A stretch of DNA of 64,000 nt. Source: an uncultured Oscillospiraceae bacterium. Its GTDB lineage: Bacteria; Bacillota; Clostridia; Oscillospirales; Ruminococcaceae. How positions within the stretch are numbered: the stretch's first letter is position 1; each line of letters begins with the position of its first letter. Positions 26,142 to 34,158 of the stretch are shown here, piece by piece. Below the pieces are notes generated by a model, which searched no databases, was not told the DNA's origin, and was given only the letters and a program-made list of their open reading frames with translations. Location: positions 2,474-66,473 of the forward strand of contig CAKSEC010000013.1 of the NCBI GenBank assembly GCA_934446355.1, written 5' to 3'. The position numbers and the translations under genes were made by a program.

Positions 26142-27409
26142 CAGTCCGCCTGAACGTAGAGATAAATTTCGCCAGTCAGCATATTAACGAAAGCATGATA
26201 TATCTCCCTGCCCGTGTTCATCTTGAATTTCCAGCAGGGGTATGCCGTTTCGACAGCCGCCTCGTTTTCGGTTTTGGTCTGAAGCCACACCATTGAAACC
26301 TCGTTTACTGCAAAATTCATCGTGCCGCTGAAAAATTCGCTGATGATTCTTGCCGCATATTCCGGCGTAATTACCGAGGTCTGCGGCTCGCTTTCAGTTA
26401 TTTCATAGCCGCGGCCTATGCCGAGAAAATGGTGTATTTTATTCGTCGCTATCATGTCGATACTGCCTGCCGCCGAGTTATAGCCCTGCTTGTCGTAATC
26501 GGTTTCGATAAGCGTAACGCCAAGGTCATTTCCCTTTGTGTTGCGGTAATCGAATAATACGCCGCCGTATTCGACAGTCGTGACAAAGTTGAAGCCATAG
26601 CACCCGCCTCCTATATCCACAACGTTCACCGCAACGATTTTTGGCGTGGGAATATTGCCCTCATACGGCGTAATATCAAGACTATCGAGATAATTCTGCG
26701 CAAATTCCGCAGCCTGCGCTATCGAAATTTCGCCGTCAGTAAGGCGGTAGGCGTCCGTGCAGGTCAGGTCCTCAGTGTAGAACACCGCACGGTGCGCAGC
26801 GTTATTGTTTATCATGAAATACATCGAACGTCTGGGGTGGTCACTTTTGTCATAGTCGATAAGCGTACCGCTGTCATAGCCCCGCAAAACGCCGAACATC
26901 ATGTCGATAAAATAATCCTCGTTATCTATCGTCACCCATGGGTATTCCGTTTCAAGTCCGTTTTTGTAATCGTCTATTCCGGGGTGATTATACGGGTAGG
27001 CAAGACCGTTTTCCTCGCTGTAATTACCGTCAACAAAGCGTATCTCGTATTTCTTTTCCTCGCCGGTGTATTTTCCGTCCGTGAGGAAGTCGGCGGCATC
27101 GCTGAAAAACTCGTATATCTCGTCGGGACTTTTGCCCGAAAGCGGCGTCATAGTAAGCGTGCAGGCGTGGTCCGCCTGAGGTGCTTTGAATACGGTATTC
27201 CTGAAATTCAGGTTGTCATAGGTACTGCTGCGCAGATTGCCGCAGCTTTCCTCAAAGCTTTCTGAGATAACGAAAAGTTCCGCACGTTCCGTTATTTCGA
27301 CCTCGGTTTCAACTGATTCCGACGTGCTTTCCGGCGTACCGCCGCAGCCTGATAAAAGGGTCAGGCTGAATATAATGGCAAGCAATTTTGCTGCGTGCGT
27401 CTGTTTCAT
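26141..27409 (-). CDS. lipoprotein of unknown function
   Basis: A 422-aa ORF with signal peptide and lipobox LLSGC. Confidence 0.7.
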   Translation of the reverse strand: MKQTHAAKLLAIIFSLTLLSGCGGTPESTSESVETEVEITERAELFVISESFEESCGNLRSSTYDNLNFRNTVFKAPQADHACTLTMTPLSGKSPDEIYEFFSDAADFLTDGKYTGEEKKYEIRFVDGNYSEENGLAYPYNHPGIDDYKNGLETEYPWVTIDNEDYFIDMMFGVLRGYDSGTLIDYDKSDHPRRSMYFMINNNAAHRAVFYTEDLTCTDAYRLTDGEISIAQAAEFAQNYLDSLDITPYEGNIPTPKIVAVNVVDIGGGCYGFNFVTTVEYGGVLFDYRNTKGNDLGVTLIETDYDKQGYNSAAGSIDMIATNKIHHFLGIGRGYEITESEPQTSVITPEYAARIISEFFSGTMNFAVNEVSMVWLQTKTENEAAVETAYPCWKFKMNTGREIYHAFVNMLTGEIYLYVQAD

Positions 27410-27500
27410 GCGTATCTTTCCTCCCGATTGACGTTCGCCGTCTGTATACGATATAGGAGTGCTCGTCCGGCTGAATAAGTGAAAATCGCCTTATCCCCTT

Positions 27501-27529
27501 ATTATACGCATGGACAAACCGCCTGTCAA
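27501..27529 (-). promoter_or_regulatory. consensus sigma-A promoter
   Basis: The minus strand reads TTGACA, 17-nt spacer, TATAAT, about 90 nt upstream of ATG 27409. Confidence 0.6.
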
Positions 27530-27555
27530 TTTATGAAACAGTAACTGGTCAAAAT

Positions 27556-29658
27556 TCAGCGATTTTTGGTCAGATCATCCGGTTTTCTAACTAAAGTGCT
27601 GTCGCTTTGCTTTTCCAGCCTTACTATAGTGGTGACTACTGTTTCACCATAGAAGCTGCCCTCATAGCCTTTCAGCACCCCATCGGCAGAGTAAAAGATG
27701 TATCCGTTATCAAGGTCGCCCATCTGCCATTCCTCTGCGACATATTCCACACCGCCTATGCTGACGGAGTACGCCTTGACGAAATGCAGCGGGTTTTGTT
27801 CGTCAGCGCTGAACAGCGGGCAGTACATCTTGTCGCCATCGGTGTTGGCGAAGCAGTCGAATTTACGTTCGTCATAGCGTGACTGCTGATATGCGCTCTC
27901 GTATATACTGCCGTCAAAGTAGATGGTTTCCCAGCCGTGGTCAGGCTCGCTGCGGTCGTCGTGCTTCACAAGGTCCCACCGTTGATACCCGTTCGTTCCG
28001 TCTGTCGAATACACCGAATATTCCAGCCGTGAAGCGCCCGTCTGATAGGTTTCCAGAGTGTACGCACCGCCGTCTGCAGCGTATTTTCTCCATTGCGAGA
28101 ACACGTTCGGGTCGCTTATCTGACCGCCAATCACACGTTCGCCGGACAAATCAAGCAGACCGAGCCGCTCAGTGTCCTGCGCCGCATATTCAGCGGCTGT
28201 GAGTTTTTCAGGCGGGGCGTATTCCTCAAATGACCCGCCCATATCGTTCACTGACCGGTCGGCACGCTCTAAGATTATCGGAAGATCCCCGTTTTTCTGC
28301 GTGAACGAATGATACTGCAGATACAGCGTGACGCTGCCGTTTTCAGCGCTTATACTGCCATGCTTCACACCGTGATATTCCACATCATAGCCGCCGTCAG
28401 TCCTGACGATATCGTAAATATCGGTCGAGCCATAATTATATATCAGCAGTCTGCTGTCACTTATCGTGAACGTTATGCCCGAATAATCCGTCCAGCCGTC
28501 CGACGCTTCCTTTGCATACTCTGCAAAGTCCATGCCGCCGACAGATACAGGTTTCCAATCCCCGAACAGCTGCGGCTCTACGTATATTCCAAGCGGTTCG
28601 CCTGTTGCAATGCAGTATGTGCCCACCGGACACAGCCTGCCGTTTTCGCCTTTAAGGCAGCCGTTTTCGCCGCTCCAGCTAATGAATGTCTTGTCGTGGT
28701 AGCTTTCCTCGCAGGGGGCTTTCCATGGTTCCTGAACGGACACATCGTAGGTGACAAAGTATTTTTCGTCCGCCGACCAGTTAGCCGAAACTCCGACAAA
28801 TTCCTCCATGTAAAACATAAGCTGCAGCGTGCAGTCTGCGGCTTCGGAAAGACGCTCGCTGGCATTAAAGCTTTCTGCAACACGGCCGGCGCATTCATTG
28901 GTGAGTATCGGGTCGTTGTATGTACCGTTCACGCTCCAATTTCCGTTTTCGTCAGAGCAGAACACGGCGTGCGCAGTGCCATAGCTGTTGATATAGCTTT
29001 CGTTATAGTACCCGCTTTCTCCATCGAGGGTGGCAAATGCCGCCTGCGCTCCCGCTTTTGCTATTTCGTTCAGTTCGGAAATGCAGCCGGTCATGTTGGC
29101 GTATTCGTATTCGGCAAGCGACGTGCCGTATTTCAGCTGCGGGTATGTACGCACAGCGGACAGATTGCCGTCAAAAACTCCGTCTGCGAAGTTATATGAA
29201 TCGGGCATTTTCGCCGGAATATCCCGCTCGCTTTCAGCGTCAATCAGCGATATTCCCACGCTGTCTGCAAAGCGGCTGTCAAGGCAGACCTCCATATAGC
29301 AGGACGACAGGACGCATTTCTCGGCAAACTCGCTCACAGTATTCTGAGGACAGCCGCCGTCGGATATCACGCTGTACCCGTCCTCGCCGTACAGCAGCTT
29401 GATTTTTACGTTCTCCGCACCGTTTTCAAGTACGCTGGAGAACTTGTCGGCAGCGATGCGGTGTATAGCTTCGGCGGACATTGGTTTAGCGGGCGAACTG
29501 TCCGAAGTTATGTCAGGAAGCAGAAATTCAAGTCCGCCGCCTGAAGCGGCAGACGGCTGCGAAGCCTCCAAGCCGTCTTGGCTTGTATTGGTATCCCTGT
29601 ATGAGCATGAGGTCAGAAGCGTTATGGCTGATAACAGCAGTGGAAGTAATCTATTCAT
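27556..29658 (-). CDS. large lipoprotein of unknown function
   Basis: A 700-aa ORF with signal peptide and lipobox LLTSC. Confidence 0.7.
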   Translation of the reverse strand: MNRLLPLLLSAITLLTSCSYRDTNTSQDGLEASQPSAASGGGLEFLLPDITSDSSPAKPMSAEAIHRIAADKFSSVLENGAENVKIKLLYGEDGYSVISDGGCPQNTVSEFAEKCVLSSCYMEVCLDSRFADSVGISLIDAESERDIPAKMPDSYNFADGVFDGNLSAVRTYPQLKYGTSLAEYEYANMTGCISELNEIAKAGAQAAFATLDGESGYYNESYINSYGTAHAVFCSDENGNWSVNGTYNDPILTNECAGRVAESFNASERLSEAADCTLQLMFYMEEFVGVSANWSADEKYFVTYDVSVQEPWKAPCEESYHDKTFISWSGENGCLKGENGRLCPVGTYCIATGEPLGIYVEPQLFGDWKPVSVGGMDFAEYAKEASDGWTDYSGITFTISDSRLLIYNYGSTDIYDIVRTDGGYDVEYHGVKHGSISAENGSVTLYLQYHSFTQKNGDLPIILERADRSVNDMGGSFEEYAPPEKLTAAEYAAQDTERLGLLDLSGERVIGGQISDPNVFSQWRKYAADGGAYTLETYQTGASRLEYSVYSTDGTNGYQRWDLVKHDDRSEPDHGWETIYFDGSIYESAYQQSRYDERKFDCFANTDGDKMYCPLFSADEQNPLHFVKAYSVSIGGVEYVAEEWQMGDLDNGYIFYSADGVLKGYEGSFYGETVVTTIVRLEKQSDSTLVRKPDDLTKNR

Positions 29659-29786
29659 GGCAGCCTCCTTTTTTACTTATTCTAGCATATTATCAGGAAA
29701 AATGCAACGGGCGAGTGGTATCTGTAACCAAATTGTAACATAACTGCCGGCGACATCTGAAATATCCGATTTTACAGATAAATCAC

Positions 29787-29815
29787 TTGAAAAAAGCGCA
29801 GTAAGGCGGTATAAT
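29787..29815 (+). promoter_or_regulatory. sigma-A type promoter upstream of the Rpn-family gene
   Basis: TTGAAA (29787-29792), 17-nt spacer, TATAAT (29810-29815). Confidence 0.55.
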
Positions 29816-29935
29816 AAAGATAGAATAACGATTCTGAAAGGAGAATGCCTTATGTGACGAGATGTTGTTTCGGCGAAACTCGATGTAATATTCAAGAAGC
29901 TGTTTACCGAAAACAGCGACCTGCTCCATTCCTTT

Positions 29936-30589
29936 GTGTCAAGCCTTCTGGATATTCCGCCTGAGAGCATAAAAGAAATAACCATATCCAACCCCGAATT
30001 GCCGCCTGAAACAGTAGCAAGCAAGTTCAGCCGCCTTCATCTGAGTCTTAATGTGAACGACAAGCTTGTAAATGTTGAAATTCAGGTCAAAATCGACAAC
30101 GACTACCGTGACAGAACACTGTTCTATTGGGCGAAGCTGTATACCTCGGAACTTAAAAGCGGCGAGGATTACGGCAATCTCAAACAGACGATCACAATAA
30201 ATATCATCAATTTCAATATGTTTGAGGGCAATGATTATCATACCGAGGTTGCGGCTATGATAAAGGGGAAAAACGAGATTTTCTCGGATAAGTTCAGTAT
30301 GCACTTCTTTGAGCTGAAAAAGATAAGCAAACACCCGAAAACAAGCCGTGAACAATGGCTGCAGTTCATTAACGCTGACAGTGAGACCTGTGAGCTTTCA
30401 CGCCTGCGTGAAAAGGCTCTCCATGATGAAGCCTCTGCATTAAAGCAGGCGACGAACGAGGGAATAACAATTGGTGAGCAAAGAGGCATTGCAATAGGCA
30501 AAGAAAAAGCACTGGCTCGAATGATTGAAAAGCTGAGAGCAGTGGGCATGACTGAGGAACAGATCGAAGCTATCGTATCGTCAAAGTAA
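29936..30589 (+). CDS. Rpn (YhgA-like) family PD-(D/E)XK nuclease / putative transposase; native start disabled
   Basis: VNVEIQVK core, FYWAKLY, IINFNMF. Homology continues upstream to 29858 (RDVVSAKLDVIFKKLF). The in-frame ATG at 29852 is followed directly by TGA. Confidence 0.7.
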   Translation: MSSLLDIPPESIKEITISNPELPPETVASKFSRLHLSLNVNDKLVNVEIQVKIDNDYRDRTLFYWAKLYTSELKSGEDYGNLKQTITINIINFNMFEGNDYHTEVAAMIKGKNEIFSDKFSMHFFELKKISKHPKTSREQWLQFINADSETCELSRLREKALHDEASALKQATNEGITIGEQRGIAIGKEKALARMIEKLRAVGMTEEQIEAIVSSK

Positions 30590-30621
30590 CAGGCTGATAC
30601 GCTGTTCTCGGAAGGATAATA

Positions 30622-31495
30622 ATGAAACTTTCTTGCCGTAGCGAGAGAAGAAAACTTTACCCGTGCTGCGGAGCAGCTTCATGTAACGCAGCCTACTCTG
30701 TCCCGTCAGATCGCCGATCTGGAGGAGGAACTTGGCGTAAAGCTGTTCACCCGAAGCAATCACAGCATAGTCCTGACGCAGGACGGAATGCTGCTCAAAC
30801 GCCGTGCGCAGGAACTTATTTCACTTGCGGACAAAACGAAGCGTGATTTCCTCTGCAAAGAGGAAAATCTGGAGGGCAGTATTTCGATAGGCAGCGGTGA
30901 ATTTCTGTCGACTGAGATACTCTGCGGCTGCATTGCAGCTTTCCGCAGGAAATACCCGCTTGTGCTCTATGAACTTTACAGCGGCAACGCCGATAACATC
31001 AAAGATAATATCGAGCGTGGACTGCTTGATATCGGGCTTATGTCAGAGCCTATCGACATACGCAAATACGAATTTATCTCAATGCCGATAAAGGAACAGT
31101 GGGGTGCGCTGGTGCGTGAGGATTCCGCACTTGCCGAAATGGACTACATAACTCCGGACGACCTTGTGGGACTTCCGCTTATATCAGCGGTAAGCAATAT
31201 AGCACAGAGCAGCATTGGCAAATGGCTTGGTAATCGGCTCGGAGAAGCCGAGTTCATTGCAAAGGGAAACCTGCTTTATAACGAAGCGCTGCTTGCGCAA
31301 AGCAACATCGGGACAGTGATCGCAATGCGCCTGAACTGCCGTTATAACGGGCTTAAATTCGTTCCGTTCAAGCCTGTTCTTGAAAGCACGACTGCGCTTG
31401 CATGGAAAAAGGAACAGCAGTTTTCCGCTGTGGCTTCTGCGTTTATCGACTTTGCAAAGAAATACATTTCGGGCATATCTCGTGATGATTTATAA
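30622..31495 (+). pseudogene. LysR family transcriptional regulator with a disrupted 5' end
   Basis: The HTH (FLAVAREENFTRAAEQLHVTQPTLSRQIADLEEELGVKLF) is in the frame of ORF 30788..31495 but begins right after TGA 30623-30625. ATG 30622 is one base out of frame. Confidence 0.6.
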
Positions 31496-31528
31496 GTATT
31501 AGACATTCAGGTGAATTGCTGTTATAAT

Positions 31529-31562
31529 AAAGGTGTTCCAGATGGATCGCCTTTATTTTTTT
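31529..31562 (+). terminator. rho-independent terminator after the LysR gene
   Basis: AAAGGTG-N12-CGCCTTT (one G-T pair) followed by ATTTTTTT. Confidence 0.55.
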
Positions 31563-31579
31563 GAGAAAGGGCTGACTGA

Positions 31580-31957
31580 ATGACGATAGAAGAAGCCAGC
31601 GAGCGTTACAATATCCCGATTAAAATACTCAGGGAATACGAAAGCTGGGGACTGTGCGGCGAGGTAAAAAAGGTCATGGGCGCATGGCAGTACGACCAGA
31701 CGGATATCGAGCGGCTGAGCCTTATTATGACGCTGCATGACGCAGGCTTCACGAATGAAGAAGCGGAGCGGTATATGCGCCTTACGCTGTCGAACAGCGA
31801 AACCACTGAGGAGCGCATGGAAATGCTGCGAAAAAAGCGAAACAACACGCTCGCCGAGATTCATTTCAGGCAAAAACAGCTTGACCGGCTCGATTATCTG
31901 CGGTTTGAGATCGCCGCAGAAAATCGTTTTGTACAAAGACAGGAGGAACCACGATGA
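31580..31957 (+). CDS. MerR family transcriptional regulator
   Basis: N-terminal HTH MTIEEASERYNIPIKILREYESWGL and a coiled-coil tail. Confidence 0.8.
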   Translation: MTIEEASERYNIPIKILREYESWGLCGEVKKVMGAWQYDQTDIERLSLIMTLHDAGFTNEEAERYMRLTLSNSETTEERMEMLRKKRNNTLAEIHFRQKQLDRLDYLRFEIAAENRFVQRQEEPR

Positions 31958-32646
31958 AAAAAGCGATATCTTTATTCATTACAACATTTATGCAGTTTAT
32001 GATACCGGGCTGCAGCGGTACGGCAGGAACGAGCGGTTCGGCGCTATCTCAGCCTGAAAGCAGCACCAGCGGCAGTGCTGATGAAAAACCGCAGGAGTCC
32101 TCAGCTGCTCCCGAATCGGCGGAGAGTAACGCTGAGCCCACAAATGAACCTCAGCCTGAAACCACGGCAGATCAAACGCTTGTGGTCTACTTTTCCTGCA
32201 CCGGCAATACCAAAGCTGTTGCCGAGAAAATAGCCGACATTTGCAGTGCCGATATTTACGAGATAGTGCCCGCAGAGCCTTACACATCAGCCGACATTAA
32301 TTATAACGACGATAACTGCCGTGCAAACCGTGAGATGAACGACGAAAGTTCACGTCCCGCTATCGGCAGTCAGCCGATAGATATTTCAGGCTATGACGCG
32401 GTATTCATTGGCTATCCCATCTGGTGGGGCACAATGCCGAGGATCATCAACACATTCCTCGATACTTACGACCTTTCCGGCAAGACCGTTATGCCGTTCT
32501 GCACTTCCGGCGGAAGCGGTATCTCAACGTCCGTTTCCGTCATAAAGAACGCCGAGCCTGACGCTGACGTCCGCAGCGGTCTGAGGGCAAGCGACGCTGA
32601 CGACAGCGATATCGAAACATGGATAAGCGATAACAATATCGGATAA
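31954..32646 (+). CDS. flavodoxin-like protein with lipoprotein signal and acidic linker
   Basis: FMIPGCSG lipobox-like signal, an S/E/P-rich linker, then LVVYFSCTGNTKAVAEKIA and IGYPIWWGTMP. Confidence 0.8.
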   Translation: MKKAISLFITTFMQFMIPGCSGTAGTSGSALSQPESSTSGSADEKPQESSAAPESAESNAEPTNEPQPETTADQTLVVYFSCTGNTKAVAEKIADICSADIYEIVPAEPYTSADINYNDDNCRANREMNDESSRPAIGSQPIDISGYDAVFIGYPIWWGTMPRIINTFLDTYDLSGKTVMPFCTSGGSGISTSVSVIKNAEPDADVRSGLRASDADDSDIETWISDNNIG

Positions 32647-32669
32647 ATTCCGCAAAAAGGGGTCAAACC

Positions 32670-33218
32670 GTGAAAACAAATGCAATTATCATGCTGTGCG
32701 CTTTTATGTTCCGCTGCCTGACCGGCTGTTAAGTTCAGCCGTTTGAACCTGATATATCGTCCGACGGGACAAGCAGCGAAATTCTGCCCTCGCTATCTGA
32801 TGGATCAGAAACTTCGTCAGACGGCGTGTCAGACGTTCAGCCTAGCGATGATACTTCCGCAGAACACACTGCAAAAATGACGGTAAACGATCAGGAGATA
32901 CTAATCACCCTTTACGATACACCGACCGCAAATGCGCTTTATGAAGCGCTCCCGATGGAACTGTCGTTTTCGGACTACAGCGGCACCGAAAAGATAGCCT
33001 ACCCGCCTGAAACGCTCCCTACCGAGGGCGAGCCGGACGGCTGCGACCCCGATGTCGGCGACCTCTGCCTGTACGCTCCGTGGGGGAATCTCTGCATATT
33101 CTATAAGGATTTCCGGTACTCCGTTTCGCTCATAAAGCTTGGGCGTGTGGAATCCGGCATGGATATTCTTTCGGGAATGGACGGGGATTTTACTGTAGTG
33201 TTGGAAAAATACCAATAA
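32670..33218 (+). pseudogene. cyclophilin-like-fold lipoprotein interrupted by an in-frame TAA
   Basis: GTG 32670 starts the signal peptide VKTNAIIMLCAFMFRCLTGC. TAA at 32730-32732 follows, and the same frame continues into ORF 32826..33218 (LYAPWGNLCIFYKDF). Confidence 0.6.
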
Positions 33219-33296
33219 TGCAGGGCGTAGGCTAAACAGTTATTTCACTTTTCCGTGCAGCACCTCCGAATCTTTGAGAAAAAATCAAAAAAGTGG

Positions 33297-33325
33297 TTGA
33301 AAATAGCGATGATACGTGCTATAAT
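33297..33325 (+). promoter_or_regulatory. consensus-like sigma-A promoter
   Basis: TTGAAA (33297-33302), 17-nt spacer, TATAAT (33320-33325). Confidence 0.55.
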
Positions 33326-33372
33326 AAACTCGTTAGAGTATCCTAACCCAAACATACACAGGAGGTCTGCAT

Positions 33373-33861
33373 ATAATTTTCTTTATCGAATGTATCGTTG
33401 CCTGCGCTTTATTTACCGTTGCGCTGGAGATAATGTGCGCAAGGCGCAGAGAAATATTTACGAATGATTATCCACCGATCGTGACGGATAAGCTTCGCAG
33501 TCTTAATTTAGTTGCTGAAAAGCCGCCCACAAAGAAAAGCGACATAATCCGCAAAGTAATAGCAATTATTATATATGCGGTGCTGTTTTCTCTTGTCCTG
33601 CGGTTTATCAACGACATTACGACTTTCTTGGACGCCGCACTGACCGCATATCTGCTGTGGCTGGTGGTCGATTGGTATGATTTTCTGGTGGTGGATATTC
33701 TGATGGCGCCGTTTGATAAATTCTACAAGGTGGCTAAGGTCAGCCCGTTCGATAAGTCAGCGGTCTGGTTTCATTTCAAGGGCAGCGTGAAAGGCACGAT
33801 AATCGGGCTTGTGTTTGCGCCTGTCGTTGGGCTTATTGTAATGCTGATGCAGGGGTTTTGA
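33373..33861 (+). CDS. small membrane protein; probable non-ATG (ATA/ATT) start
   Basis: AGGAGG at 33360-33365 lies 7 nt before ATA 33373. A hydrophobic helix IIFFIECIVACALFTVALEI is encoded upstream of the first ATG (33433). Confidence 0.5.
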   Translation: MIFFIECIVACALFTVALEIMCARRREIFTNDYPPIVTDKLRSLNLVAEKPPTKKSDIIRKVIAIIIYAVLFSLVLRFINDITTFLDAALTAYLLWLVVDWYDFLVVDILMAPFDKFYKVAKVSPFDKSAVWFHFKGSVKGTIIGLVFAPVVGLIVMLMQGF

Positions 33862-33876
33862 GAATGTCGATACATA

Positions 33877-33907
33877 AAAGGAGCGGCTTTGTGACCGCTC
33901 TTTTTTA
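33877..33907 (+). terminator. rho-independent terminator
   Basis: GGAGCGG-N8-CCGCTC followed by TTTTTTAT. Confidence 0.6.
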
Positions 33908-33966
33908 TCTCTATAAACAGATTAAGTGGAGAATATTATAGCATAACCGCATGGTTATGGTATAAT

Positions 33967-34051
33967 TTGCCGATATGCACGGAGTTCGCCAGAGGCGAAC
34001 GTATGTGCAAGGCATTTTGATTTATAATAAACGCTTTGCGTTTATTATAGC
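33967..34051 (+). repeat. 85-nt hairpin repeat, family 2, copy 1
   Basis: About 90 percent identical to 42913-42997. Hairpins are GTTCGCC-AGA-GGCGAAC and ATAATAAACGC-TTT-GCGTTTATTAT. Confidence 0.85.
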
Positions 34052-34080
34052 TTGAAAAAAGCCGGCGGGCGTGATATAAT
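34052..34080 (+). promoter_or_regulatory. sigma-A type promoter
   Basis: TTGAAA (34052-34057), 17-nt spacer, TATAAT (34075-34080). Confidence 0.55.
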
Positions 34081-34158
34081 GAATTAACTGGTTCGGTCAA
34101 ACTGCCGTGCAAATCAGGATTTGCAGGAAGCAGCGGATTTTGGAGTAGGGTGTGTAGT

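Noticed and set aside
28309-29199. A 296-aa + strand ORF inside the 700-aa lipoprotein gene. Similar long antisense ORFs occur at 54983-55903, 21018-21818, 15687-16304, 17987-18601 and 22198-22797.
   Set aside because: All lie fully within well-supported genes on the other strand. They lack RBSs and have Arg/Cys/His-rich shadow-frame composition.
29852-29857. TGA at codon 2 of the Rpn gene, and TAA at 32730, as recoded sense codons (alternative genetic code or selenocysteine).
   Set aside because: TGA and TAA terminate many well-supported genes in this window, such as the MBOAT gene (TGA 4777-4779) and the flavodoxin gene (TAA). No SECIS-like hairpin was noticed after 29857.
31500-31527. TAGACA-N17-(TGT)TATAAT promoter-like sequence upstream of the MerR gene.
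   Set aside because: It lies immediately upstream of, and partly inside, the hairpin/T-run that best explains termination of the LysR gene. A transcript started there would meet that terminator at once. It is left unannotated as ambiguous.
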